From: Myxococcales bacterium
GTDB taxonomy: Bacteria; Myxococcota_A; UBA9160; SZUA-336
Direction: 5' to 3'
Length of the DNA stretch: 64,000 bases
NCBI GenBank assembly: GCA_013215565.1
Contig: JABSQV010000130.1
Location: 8,880 to 72,879, forward strand
Positions 8,170 to 15,574 of this stretch are shown piece by piece. A model generated the notes under the pieces. That model was given only the letters and a program-made list of their open reading frames with translations. It did not search any database and had not been told where the DNA came from. Position numbers and translations under genes: made by a program. Numbering within the stretch: the stretch's first letter is position 1; the number at the start of each line of letters is the position of its first letter.

Positions 8170-10868
8170 TCTGGCTGATCGTACCCCGGCTCGGTCTTCG
8201 GCGCTGGCGGGGTCCACTCGGGGAGCGCCATCGGCTCCCGATCCTCGCGTCGAGCGATCACGGGATGGGGAGGGGCGTACTTGCCCATGAACCGCTGCAC
8301 CTCAGAGCCTAGGCGATGGAACTGATGGGCGGGCTCCAGGCGCGCCATGCACTGATCGATCAGCTCGCGTGCCTCGCGAAGGTGGTGGAACGCTTTCTCC
8401 TTGAAAGGCAGGTACGAGGTGCCCGCGCAGGCGATGGCGCGATCGAGGCATTCGAGTCCCAGCTCAGTGTGCCCATCGTTCATGTAGTGCCACGCCAGGG
8501 AGACCCAGGCGCCGGGATTGTGGGGTCGCTCAGCGAGCTCCAATCTGAGGAGCCCCTCGTAGTGGTCCAGCTTCTCGCCCATGCGATCCTCGCCGAACGA
8601 CATCCCCCGGTGCTGCAGGACGAACGGGGCGTAAGCCCAACGGGGGTGCTGGTTGCGCGCGACCATCGCCGACCGGGCATTGTTGAAGCCCTCATGCACC
8701 CGACCGTCCATCCGCATCTCGGGCACCAGCTTGGTCATGCGCACCGAGTCGCTGATCGTGGGGGTCTCGTTCTCGGCGCGGTAGTTCGCGGTCTGCACCA
8801 GCCACCCTGACCGATCGCTCTCGGCCATCCGTCGAAGGGCGCGGGCGTCGGCCAGGTGCTCGTGGAGCCACTCATCGGGATCGAAAAAGAGAGCCCAGCC
8901 CAGGCCCTTGTGGTCCTCGGTGCCCTTCGCGGCGAGCAGGGAGTCGATCCCCGCGTTCCTCGCCTCGGCGATGTGATTGTCAAGCGGTTGGTGAACCCAC
9001 CGGCACCCGTGCTTCCAGGCCACCGCAGCAAGAGCATGGGACGGCCCGGTCGGGAACCAACCATCCTCACCGTCCTCGTACCCGCCAGGGTCGATGGACC
9101 TGTCGAGGCTCCCAGGCTTCATCGTCCAGAGTTTGTCATGCTCAGCCCACTCATCGGTCCAGACCAGCGCCGATGTGTCAATGACCCCGTGGAGCACATC
9201 GAGCCAACGGGCGATGTCTTCGGGCAACTCCTTGCCGTAGGTCAGCATGTGCAGCCCGATCCCGTTGCGCGGGTGCCACGCCTGCATCCTCATCGAGTCC
9301 TGCGACTCGGCGCCCAGACCTCGCCGGTCCCGATCCTGCGGTCGCATCAGCCCGTACCGCCGCAGACGGATCGAGGCGATCCGCGTGCTCTCGGGAGCGA
9401 AGTAGGGAGCCCAGGACGGCTGGTCCTTGAGCCACCCGCGACCGTCGAGTCGCCACAGTCGGGTCGCGTGAGTCGGTCCGCCCGTCCAGGTGTTGTCGTC
9501 GCCGAAGGGTGCATCGACCCTGCAGAGCCGACCCGTGTCCCAGTGGTGGACGAACGAGAGATCCCACGCCCTGACTCTCGGGTCGGGGTGAGAGCACAAC
9601 CTCAGAAGGTGGTCTCGGTTGACGCGGTCTTCGACCAGCTCATCCTTCTCCAGAGCCAGCGCCCAGGTGCCGCCGACCGACTGGGCCATCTCCATCAGCT
9701 TGCCGCGCTCGGCCGACACGTCCCGGTCCTTGTCCCAGACCTGCACTTTGACCGTGTTGTTGCCCTTGTGCCCGACCTTCGAACGAACCCACTTGCCGAA
9801 CTGCCTCGCGATGGCCTTGGCCGTGCCGCCGTCGCAGACCTTGAGCAGCGCCACCATGTCCTCGTCGAGGAGTTCCTGCTCGCGGGCCTGGGCGAACTCG
9901 GGGTCGCCCTGCATATCCAGCGGGTTGTTCAGCAGCAGGATCGCGAACCGGGGACACAGCTTCGATGCCCGTCGGAGGGACATCCGCAGGAGTTGCAGAT
10001 CGTGCCAGGTCTTGATCCCGCAGCGGTACACCGCGCAGATGGTCGGATCGTCGTCGGTGTCGTGCTTGTCGTAGAAGTCGATCCGCTCTCGGATCGATCC
10101 CGGCTTGCGATGACCCTGAGCCACGGGAGCCATGCTGCTGATGAAGCACCCCTCGACCACGGCCGTCCTGAAGCCAGCCCGATCGGCACGCAGGCACAGA
10201 TCAGACATCGCCCAGTCGCCCAACTTGGTGTCGAGGACGTGTCCGTCGTCGGCGACCAACTTCGCGACCAGCTCTGCCTTCATCATCACAGCCAGGCCGT
10301 CGACCTCATCGGCCGCACCGACCACGTCCTTGAAGTGCGAGGCGCGCGCCGCCGCGTACTCCTCGAGACCCATCGCCGCTTCCTCCTCGGTGAGAGGCAC
10401 GCGCTGGGATGGGTTGGCGCTCTGGTCGGTCACGGGTCCGACGATGCCGATGGCGCCGTAGCCCAGCGCGGGCATCTGCTTGTCGGTGCCGAGCAGGATG
10501 CTGGTCGGGAACATGCCCTGCTCCAGACCCTGCAACCACCCGATCGGCAGAACCGCGTCGGCGGAGATCATGACGACCCTTGGGGGCAGCTTCGCGCCTC
10601 GGACCACGTAGTCGAGCGCCTCCAGCTCGGTGCCCTCGAAATCGAGTCCCATGATCGCGCTGCCCTGCGGAGCCGTGACCCTGGCCGCGACCATCTCGAC
10701 GTGATCGCCGTACTCCCCGATCCCCACGGCAACGATGTGCGCGGTCTTGTCGCCGAGGGTCTGCATAACCGACAGGAGCTGGTTGGCGGCCTTCTCGGGG
10801 TCGTCGGTCGCGAACACGATCAGGTAGTCATACTCAGGGGCCGGTGGCCCGCTCTCGGTCTTGGTCAT
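8166..10868 (-). CDS. Multi-module GT2/GT-A glycosyltransferase with C-terminal TPR
   Basis: Three GT-A-like modules (IGIVGPVTD...DLCLRADRAGF; WALALEKDELV; NHIAEARNAGID...WALFFDPDEWL...GRVHE) followed by TPR-like helices. Confidence 0.8.
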   Translation of the reverse strand: MTKTESGPPAPEYDYLIVFATDDPEKAANQLLSVMQTLGDKTAHIVAVGIGEYGDHVEMVAARVTAPQGSAIMGLDFEGTELEALDYVVRGAKLPPRVVMISADAVLPIGWLQGLEQGMFPTSILLGTDKQMPALGYGAIGIVGPVTDQSANPSQRVPLTEEEAAMGLEEYAAARASHFKDVVGAADEVDGLAVMMKAELVAKLVADDGHVLDTKLGDWAMSDLCLRADRAGFRTAVVEGCFISSMAPVAQGHRKPGSIRERIDFYDKHDTDDDPTICAVYRCGIKTWHDLQLLRMSLRRASKLCPRFAILLLNNPLDMQGDPEFAQAREQELLDEDMVALLKVCDGGTAKAIARQFGKWVRSKVGHKGNNTVKVQVWDKDRDVSAERGKLMEMAQSVGGTWALALEKDELVEDRVNRDHLLRLCSHPDPRVRAWDLSFVHHWDTGRLCRVDAPFGDDNTWTGGPTHATRLWRLDGRGWLKDQPSWAPYFAPESTRIASIRLRRYGLMRPQDRDRRGLGAESQDSMRMQAWHPRNGIGLHMLTYGKELPEDIARWLDVLHGVIDTSALVWTDEWAEHDKLWTMKPGSLDRSIDPGGYEDGEDGWFPTGPSHALAAVAWKHGCRWVHQPLDNHIAEARNAGIDSLLAAKGTEDHKGLGWALFFDPDEWLHEHLADARALRRMAESDRSGWLVQTANYRAENETPTISDSVRMTKLVPEMRMDGRVHEGFNNARSAMVARNQHPRWAYAPFVLQHRGMSFGEDRMGEKLDHYEGLLRLELAERPHNPGAWVSLAWHYMNDGHTELGLECLDRAIACAGTSYLPFKEKAFHHLREARELIDQCMARLEPAHQFHRLGSEVQRFMGKYAPPHPVIARREDREPMALPEWTPPAPKTEPGYDQPE

Positions 10869-10960
10869 GTTTCGCCTCGCTGGCGTCAGGTTGCTACCCG
10901 TGTACCACGCTAGGGGTAGTCGGCTCAAGATCACGGGCTACGATGGCGATGGAGGTGCCT

Positions 10961-11605
10961 ATGTCCATCACGGGAATGTCTGACCGCCTGATCACGGTGA
11001 AGAGGCGATCGTCCGATGTGCTCACCCCGGTGGTCGCTGCCGCCTCGCACTCGGCAGATGTCCAGCCGCCCGTCGATAGCCACATCGAGGTCGCGATCAG
11101 CGGGGGCACCTCGAACACGGGGACCGTCACCGTGCTCGGGCTGGTCGGCGGGGTGCCTGACAGCGAGGTGCTGACCTTCAACGGGATCGCGCTCACCCAG
11201 GCCACGACCAAGCGGTTCGATGCGGGCGGGCTCGACACCCCCGCCTTCACCACGACGGATCTGACCGACGAGGCCACGGTCCCGACCATCACGGCCAGGT
11301 CGGTCGGCAGCGACGGATCGCGAGAGCACTCGGCGGCGACAGTCATCACCGATTGGCCAGCTCGGTTCGATCGGGGTCGGGCGAGCTGGCCCAACTCACC
11401 CGCTGGACGAGGGGCGGTTGAGAAAACCCGGTTCTACGTCGACTACACGACCGTGTGGGATCCCAGGCGCGGCGACGTGATCCTCGACCAGAGCAACGGC
11501 GACCAATTCAAGGTGCATGGCCAGCCAGACCTGCACGGTGCGAGCTTGACCCCCCACCACTGGGAGATCGAGGTTCGAGAGAACAAGGGCGCCGACGCGA
11601 ACTAG
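10961..11605 (+). CDS. Head-closure/head-tail joining-like protein, opposite strand to the structural operon
   Basis: DRLITVKR N-terminus and PRRGDVILD...FKVHGQPD...HHWEIEVRE C-terminus typical of SPP1 gp16-like proteins; GGAGGT RBS. Confidence 0.6.
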   Translation: MSITGMSDRLITVKRRSSDVLTPVVAAASHSADVQPPVDSHIEVAISGGTSNTGTVTVLGLVGGVPDSEVLTFNGIALTQATTKRFDAGGLDTPAFTTTDLTDEATVPTITARSVGSDGSREHSAATVITDWPARFDRGRASWPNSPAGRGAVEKTRFYVDYTTVWDPRRGDVILDQSNGDQFKVHGQPDLHGASLTPHHWEIEVRENKGADAN

Positions 11606-11690
11606 AACGGTACTTGCTGGCGAGCCGCGCATCGATGCGCGCGTTGACCAGGGTGGACTTGTACTGCTCGCGGAGGTTGTCGGTGTCGGT

Positions 11691-11751
11691 CATGATCTGC
11701 TCTCTGTTGGTAGGTCCATCCTACTTGGCAGATCACAGATTGGATACCGGC
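11691..11751 (-). promoter_or_regulatory. Promoter-leader cassette A
   Basis: GCCGGTATCCA-17bp-TAGGAT-GGACCTACCAACAGAGAG-cagatc-ATG. Confidence 0.85.
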
Positions 11752-11755
11752 GAAC

Positions 11756-12358
11756 CTAGCTTTCCTTCGGGGCGTCCACGGGCTTCGGCTTCGGGGCGGG
11801 CTTCGGCTTCGGGCGCTTGGTCTTGGGCTTCGCTGGTGCCGGCTCGGCGGCGGCTGGCGCGGTCTTCGGCTTCGCGGCGGCCTGCGCCTGCGGTTGGGGA
11901 GCGAGGGCGACTGGGCGGCGCGGCACGCGCTCGGCTCGGCGCGGCTGGAAGGGGGCCATCAACTCCTTCGGCGTTTCGATGATCGCGCCGGGGTGAACGT
12001 CGAGGGCGGTCGCCCCCGATCCCTGGACGAGATGGTACACGGTGAAGGTGCCGTCGAACTTGGCGAGCGCCTTGGTCAGCTTTCCCTTGGGGGTGGGTTG
12101 CGAAGTCGTGATCACCAGTACCGCCTGGTCGACGACTCGGGAGACCTGACGGGCGAGGAATGCTTCATCCCCGCCATAGACGACCGTGACCCCAGTCCCG
12201 AGCAGCCGCTCACAGTCCTTGGACGAGGACAGGTCGACCACGCGCGCTCGGCCCCACCTCTTCTTGCCGTCGGCGTCGACGGCGAAGATCACGCCGCATC
12301 GGAGCAGCTCATCGCGTCGGGGGTGGGTCAGCGAGTCGATGAAGCCAAGACGTGGCAT
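11756..12358 (-). CDS. Hypothetical protein with Pro/Lys/Ala-rich tail
   Basis: 200 aa ORF, GGAGG RBS, GC3-biased codons. Confidence 0.6.
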   Translation of the reverse strand: MPRLGFIDSLTHPRRDELLRCGVIFAVDADGKKRWGRARVVDLSSSKDCERLLGTGVTVVYGGDEAFLARQVSRVVDQAVLVITTSQPTPKGKLTKALAKFDGTFTVYHLVQGSGATALDVHPGAIIETPKELMAPFQPRRAERVPRRPVALAPQPQAQAAAKPKTAPAAAEPAPAKPKTKRPKPKPAPKPKPVDAPKES

Positions 12359-12388
12359 GGAGACCTCCGAGATCGCCAGGGTAACACG

Positions 12389-12739
12389 TCAGCCGCAGCT
12401 CCCGCCGAACCCGCAAATGGTGCATTGCTTGCAGGCGCCCATCTGTGCCATCTGGCCGCCGCACCCGAGATCTGGGCAGATGTCGACGATATCCGAGAGC
12501 TGCAACATCCCCAGCGCCGACACGCCCAGATCGAGCTTCGGCAGCTCGATCACCTCGGGCTCTACTGCGTGAGGCACGCGACCCAGATCACCATCGAGCC
12601 AGCTGTCCAGCTCGCGGGGCCAATTCTCGGCCTCGCCGTCTGGGGCCGTCCAGTCGTGGTCCCCGTCCTCATGCGGATCGCGGTGACATCGGCGCCCACC
12701 ATAGGTGCTGTCACATTGCGGGCGTGGGTGGGCGGTCAT
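12389..12739 (-). CDS. Small protein ending in a class II RNR (NrdJ)-type C-terminal Zn ribbon
   Basis: CPDLGCGGQMAQMGACKQCTICGFGGSCG. Confidence 0.5.
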   Translation of the reverse strand: MTAHPRPQCDSTYGGRRCHRDPHEDGDHDWTAPDGEAENWPRELDSWLDGDLGRVPHAVEPEVIELPKLDLGVSALGMLQLSDIVDICPDLGCGGQMAQMGACKQCTICGFGGSCG

Positions 12740-12778
12740 GCTGGGCGGCTCCTGTCGGCGGGTATCGGGTTCGCGGGT

Positions 12779-13135
12779 CTACCCGATGCTCTCGGCCTCG
12801 AGGATCGCATCGACCAACTCCTCGTCGCCCATCTTGCTCCGACCCTTGATCTTCAGGGTCCGTGCGAGCTGGTTCCTGCTGCCCGACTCCATCGCCAGCA
12901 GCTCATCGCGGCGGGACGGCTCAGCGGTCTTCTTGGGCTCAGTCTTCTTGGGCTCGGGCTTGACGGCCTCGACCTCGACGAACCCGTGCAGCCGCTTGAG
13001 GATCGCAACGGTCGCGCGATGGTTGACGGCGACGCGGACCTTGCCGCCATCCACGGCGATCAGCTCGACGTTCTCGGACGCGGTCCGAATGATCTTCCTG
13101 TCTCTTGCGCGCGCTTGGCGCTCCATCACGAACAT
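12779..13135 (-). CDS. Rho_N/HeH domain protein
   Basis: LARTLKIKGRSKMGDEELVDAIL. Confidence 0.65.
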   Translation of the reverse strand: MFVMERQARARDRKIIRTASENVELIAVDGGKVRVAVNHRATVAILKRLHGFVEVEAVKPEPKKTEPKKTAEPSRRDELLAMESGSRNQLARTLKIKGRSKMGDEELVDAILEAESIG

Positions 13136-13143
13136 GGGATCTC

Positions 13144-13785
13144 CTATGAGCCTGGGGCGAAGGGTCGAATGAGGCCACCGAGGATCAGGCTGACATCGGG
13201 CGGCAGATATCCGCGTCCCGATCCACCAGCCCCAACGCCGGCGCCGGCAACACCGGCCGCCAACTTGTAGCTGTACTGCCCGATCTTCTCCGAGTCGAGC
13301 CCCAGCTTGGACCCGCCAGTGTTGAAGCGGTAGGCAGCGAGAATGGTCGCGGCACCACAGAGGGCAACGAGGTTCTCATCCCCAGCGGCCCACCCCGCCG
13401 TGTGGGTGACCTCGATGTGCTGTCGGCCGCAGGGCAGGGAGAACGGAGCCCCGGCGCTGGTCTTGAAGCAGAGGAGCCCCATCGGGCGGGGGCGGCCCAG
13501 GTAGTAGGTGTCGGCATCTTGGACCGTGCCGTCGAACTTCACCTCGGTCACCCCGGTGGCGAGGACCACGGGGTACTGAACGAGCCAGAAGCCCTCGGTT
13601 CCGAAGTCGAGGACATCGTAGGTCTCGGTGTACGAGGTCGGGTCGGTGTCGGTGAGTTGGAACAGACCGAAGAAGTAGGCGTTGACCCCAGCGACGATCG
13701 TGGTCAGGCGAGCGTCATGGGTCGTGTCCGCAGCGGGGATCCGCAGCTCCTCTTTGACCTTCGCCAGTGTGGTGAATCCTGCCAC
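13144..13785 (-). CDS. Head-tail adaptor (gp6/gp15-like)
   Basis: FTTLAKVKEELRI...IEVTHTAGW...SEKIGQYSYKL. Confidence 0.85.
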   Translation of the reverse strand: MAGFTTLAKVKEELRIPAADTTHDARLTTIVAGVNAYFFGLFQLTDTDPTSYTETYDVLDFGTEGFWLVQYPVVLATGVTEVKFDGTVQDADTYYLGRPRPMGLLCFKTSAGAPFSLPCGRQHIEVTHTAGWAAGDENLVALCGAATILAAYRFNTGGSKLGLDSEKIGQYSYKLAAGVAGAGVGAGGSGRGYLPPDVSLILGGLIRPFAPGS

Positions 13786-13794
13786 GAACTACTC

Positions 13795-14193
13795 CTACGC
13801 GGCGGCTGCGCGTGCCTCGCGAATGCGGATCTGGAGTTGCTCGCGAGACCCAGCGCCCGAGACCTTGAGATCCTTGGCCTTGACCTGCAGCTCGCGGAAT
13901 GTCAGGGCGGAGAGATCCTCGCCCATCGTCTTGTCCCACATGTTGGTCACGTCCCGCCACCGACCAGTGCGGCGGGCGTTCTCGGCAGCGGCTTCGAACT
14001 GCGTACCGATCGGGAAGAAGATGGTCATGTAGTTCTGACCGTTGGGGTGCTTGATCCGCTTCGCCTCGATGTTCGCGGAGTAGCTGTTGAATCGGGGCTT
14101 GGCGCTCGACTCGATCGGGACGATCGTGTGGACCATCACGCGATGGTAGGTGCCTTCGGCGGGCGGTGTGTCCATCGGTACGGGTACGGGCAT
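13795..14193 (-). CDS. Protein with C-terminal SAP/HeH-like motif
   Basis: LSALTFRELQVKAKDLKVSGAGSREQLQIRI; GGAGG RBS. Confidence 0.6.
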   Translation of the reverse strand: MPVPVPMDTPPAEGTYHRVMVHTIVPIESSAKPRFNSYSANIEAKRIKHPNGQNYMTIFFPIGTQFEAAAENARRTGRWRDVTNMWDKTMGEDLSALTFRELQVKAKDLKVSGAGSREQLQIRIREARAAAA

Positions 14194-14208
14194 CTGGCCT
14201 CCTGGGAT

Positions 14209-14284
14209 TGGTTGCGGTGGCGGGACTCGAACCCGCGGCCTCCAGAATATGAACCTGGCGAGCTACCAACTGCTCCACACGCGC
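14209..14284 (-). tRNA. tRNA-Met(CAT), initiator-like, imperfect acceptor stem
   Basis: D arm GAGC/GCTC, anticodon loop TTCATAT, T arm GCGGG-TTCGAGT-CCCGC, 3' CACCGCAACCA. Confidence 0.8.
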
Positions 14285-14394
14285 CATCGCAGATTAGCAT
14301 GGGTCTGCAGATCAGACCATGTAGGGGGCAGCGTGCCCCGAGTCGATCAGGGCATCGTTGACCGAGACCGCTGCCGGATCGGAGCTCCAAGATG

Positions 14395-14488
14395 TGGCGG
14401 GAGGTTGGGGGATTCGAACGCCCACCCCCTTTCGAGGGCCTCGACCTCTGGGTCGTGGACGGCACGCCAACACCGCTACGGACCGCCC
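14395..14488 (-). ncRNA. tRNA-like RNA with long variable arm and no canonical anticodon loop
   Basis: T loop TTCGAAT, GCCA 3' end, GAAA-capped variable arm, CGACC-CAGA-GGTCG arm; TAGGAT -10 at 14500-14505. Confidence 0.55.
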
Positions 14489-14569
14489 GCCACGATCCCA
14501 TCCTAACGCAGAGGCGCCCGCTCCAGCGGGATGCCGAGGCGGGCGCAACACCTAAACAGGGTGTCAGGT

Positions 14570-15547
14570 CTAGGCAGCGATCCCGACGAGGATGGCGGCA
14601 CCCAGGGTGTTGGCGAGGGTGAGCGCGCCGTCCCAGAAGATGTCGAACTCGTCGAACTGGCTCGAGGACTTCGCCAGCGGCATCACGGTGAGCGGGGTCA
14701 ACTCGGCGATGTAGCAGTAGCGGGTGTTGACCACGATGATCGCGGTCGTCACGGATCCGCTGTAGGCGGTGACCTTGGTCCCGTTGAAGGTCAGCACATC
14801 GGGCATGCCCGTCGTGGTGATTAGGGGGATCCCATCGTAGGTCCGGACGCGGAAGCCGGCCGCGATCTCGACCATGTCGTTGAACTGCTGCTGAGCCTGG
14901 AGCTGCGCGTTCAGGAGTCGCCGACCCTTGCGGCTGGCGAGGATGACGAGATCGGATCGGTTGCCCGAGCCCTTCACCGCGTCGATGGTCTCGTCCAGCT
15001 TGTCGAGGGTGAGCGCGTCACCGGTCACCGTCGTGGTCTGCAGGATGATCTGCGAGGCGGTGGCCTGGGTGAGCGTGATCAGCCCATCGAACTGGTCGGC
15101 GTCGATCGCGATGTCGCCCGTGACCAGGCCGTCCTCGAAGGTCTCGGAGAAGTCGCCGGTCCGCCCGACGATCTCACCGGCGAGCACGTCGCCGTAGGAG
15201 CGCCCGGTGGCCTGCAGCTTGCGAGTGACCTTGCCGCGAACGATCAGGGTCTTGCACGGGAGCGAGACCTGCACATACGTGCCGGTGCCCTCGGTGGGCT
15301 CCGTGGTGTCGTCGATCCACTCGGCCGAGGAGCCGGGGGTGCGCCGGTTGATGTACTCGGCGTTGCCCGACATCGGCTTGCGGGGCAAGACGGCGGCCGT
15401 TCCCAGTTCCCGATGATGGATCTGCTGGACGGTGCGGTTGATGTTCGTCTGGAGCAGGACGGTGCCAGCACCAGCGACGTTGAGGGCTCGTTCGAAGCGT
15501 TGACGGCGCGCCGGATCGAAACCTGCGAAAGCGGGGGAATTGCTCAT
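14570..15547 (-). CDS. Major capsid protein (HK97 fold)
   Basis: 325 aa; DQFDGLIT, LTLDKLDETIDAV, RVRTYDGIPLI motifs; downstream of protease/scaffold. Confidence 0.9.
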   Translation of the reverse strand: MSNSPAFAGFDPARRQRFERALNVAGAGTVLLQTNINRTVQQIHHRELGTAAVLPRKPMSGNAEYINRRTPGSSAEWIDDTTEPTEGTGTYVQVSLPCKTLIVRGKVTRKLQATGRSYGDVLAGEIVGRTGDFSETFEDGLVTGDIAIDADQFDGLITLTQATASQIILQTTTVTGDALTLDKLDETIDAVKGSGNRSDLVILASRKGRRLLNAQLQAQQQFNDMVEIAAGFRVRTYDGIPLITTTGMPDVLTFNGTKVTAYSGSVTTAIIVVNTRYCYIAELTPLTVMPLAKSSSQFDEFDIFWDGALTLANTLGAAILVGIAA

Positions 15548-15574
15548 GATGGGTTCTCCGTAAGGAGCCCCTGG

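Noticed and set aside
14391..14497. tRNA-like RNA as Y RNA (YrlA) or true tRNA-Sec
   Set aside because: Arm order is that of a normal tRNA, there is no TCA anticodon, and no Ro60/TROVE gene was recognised
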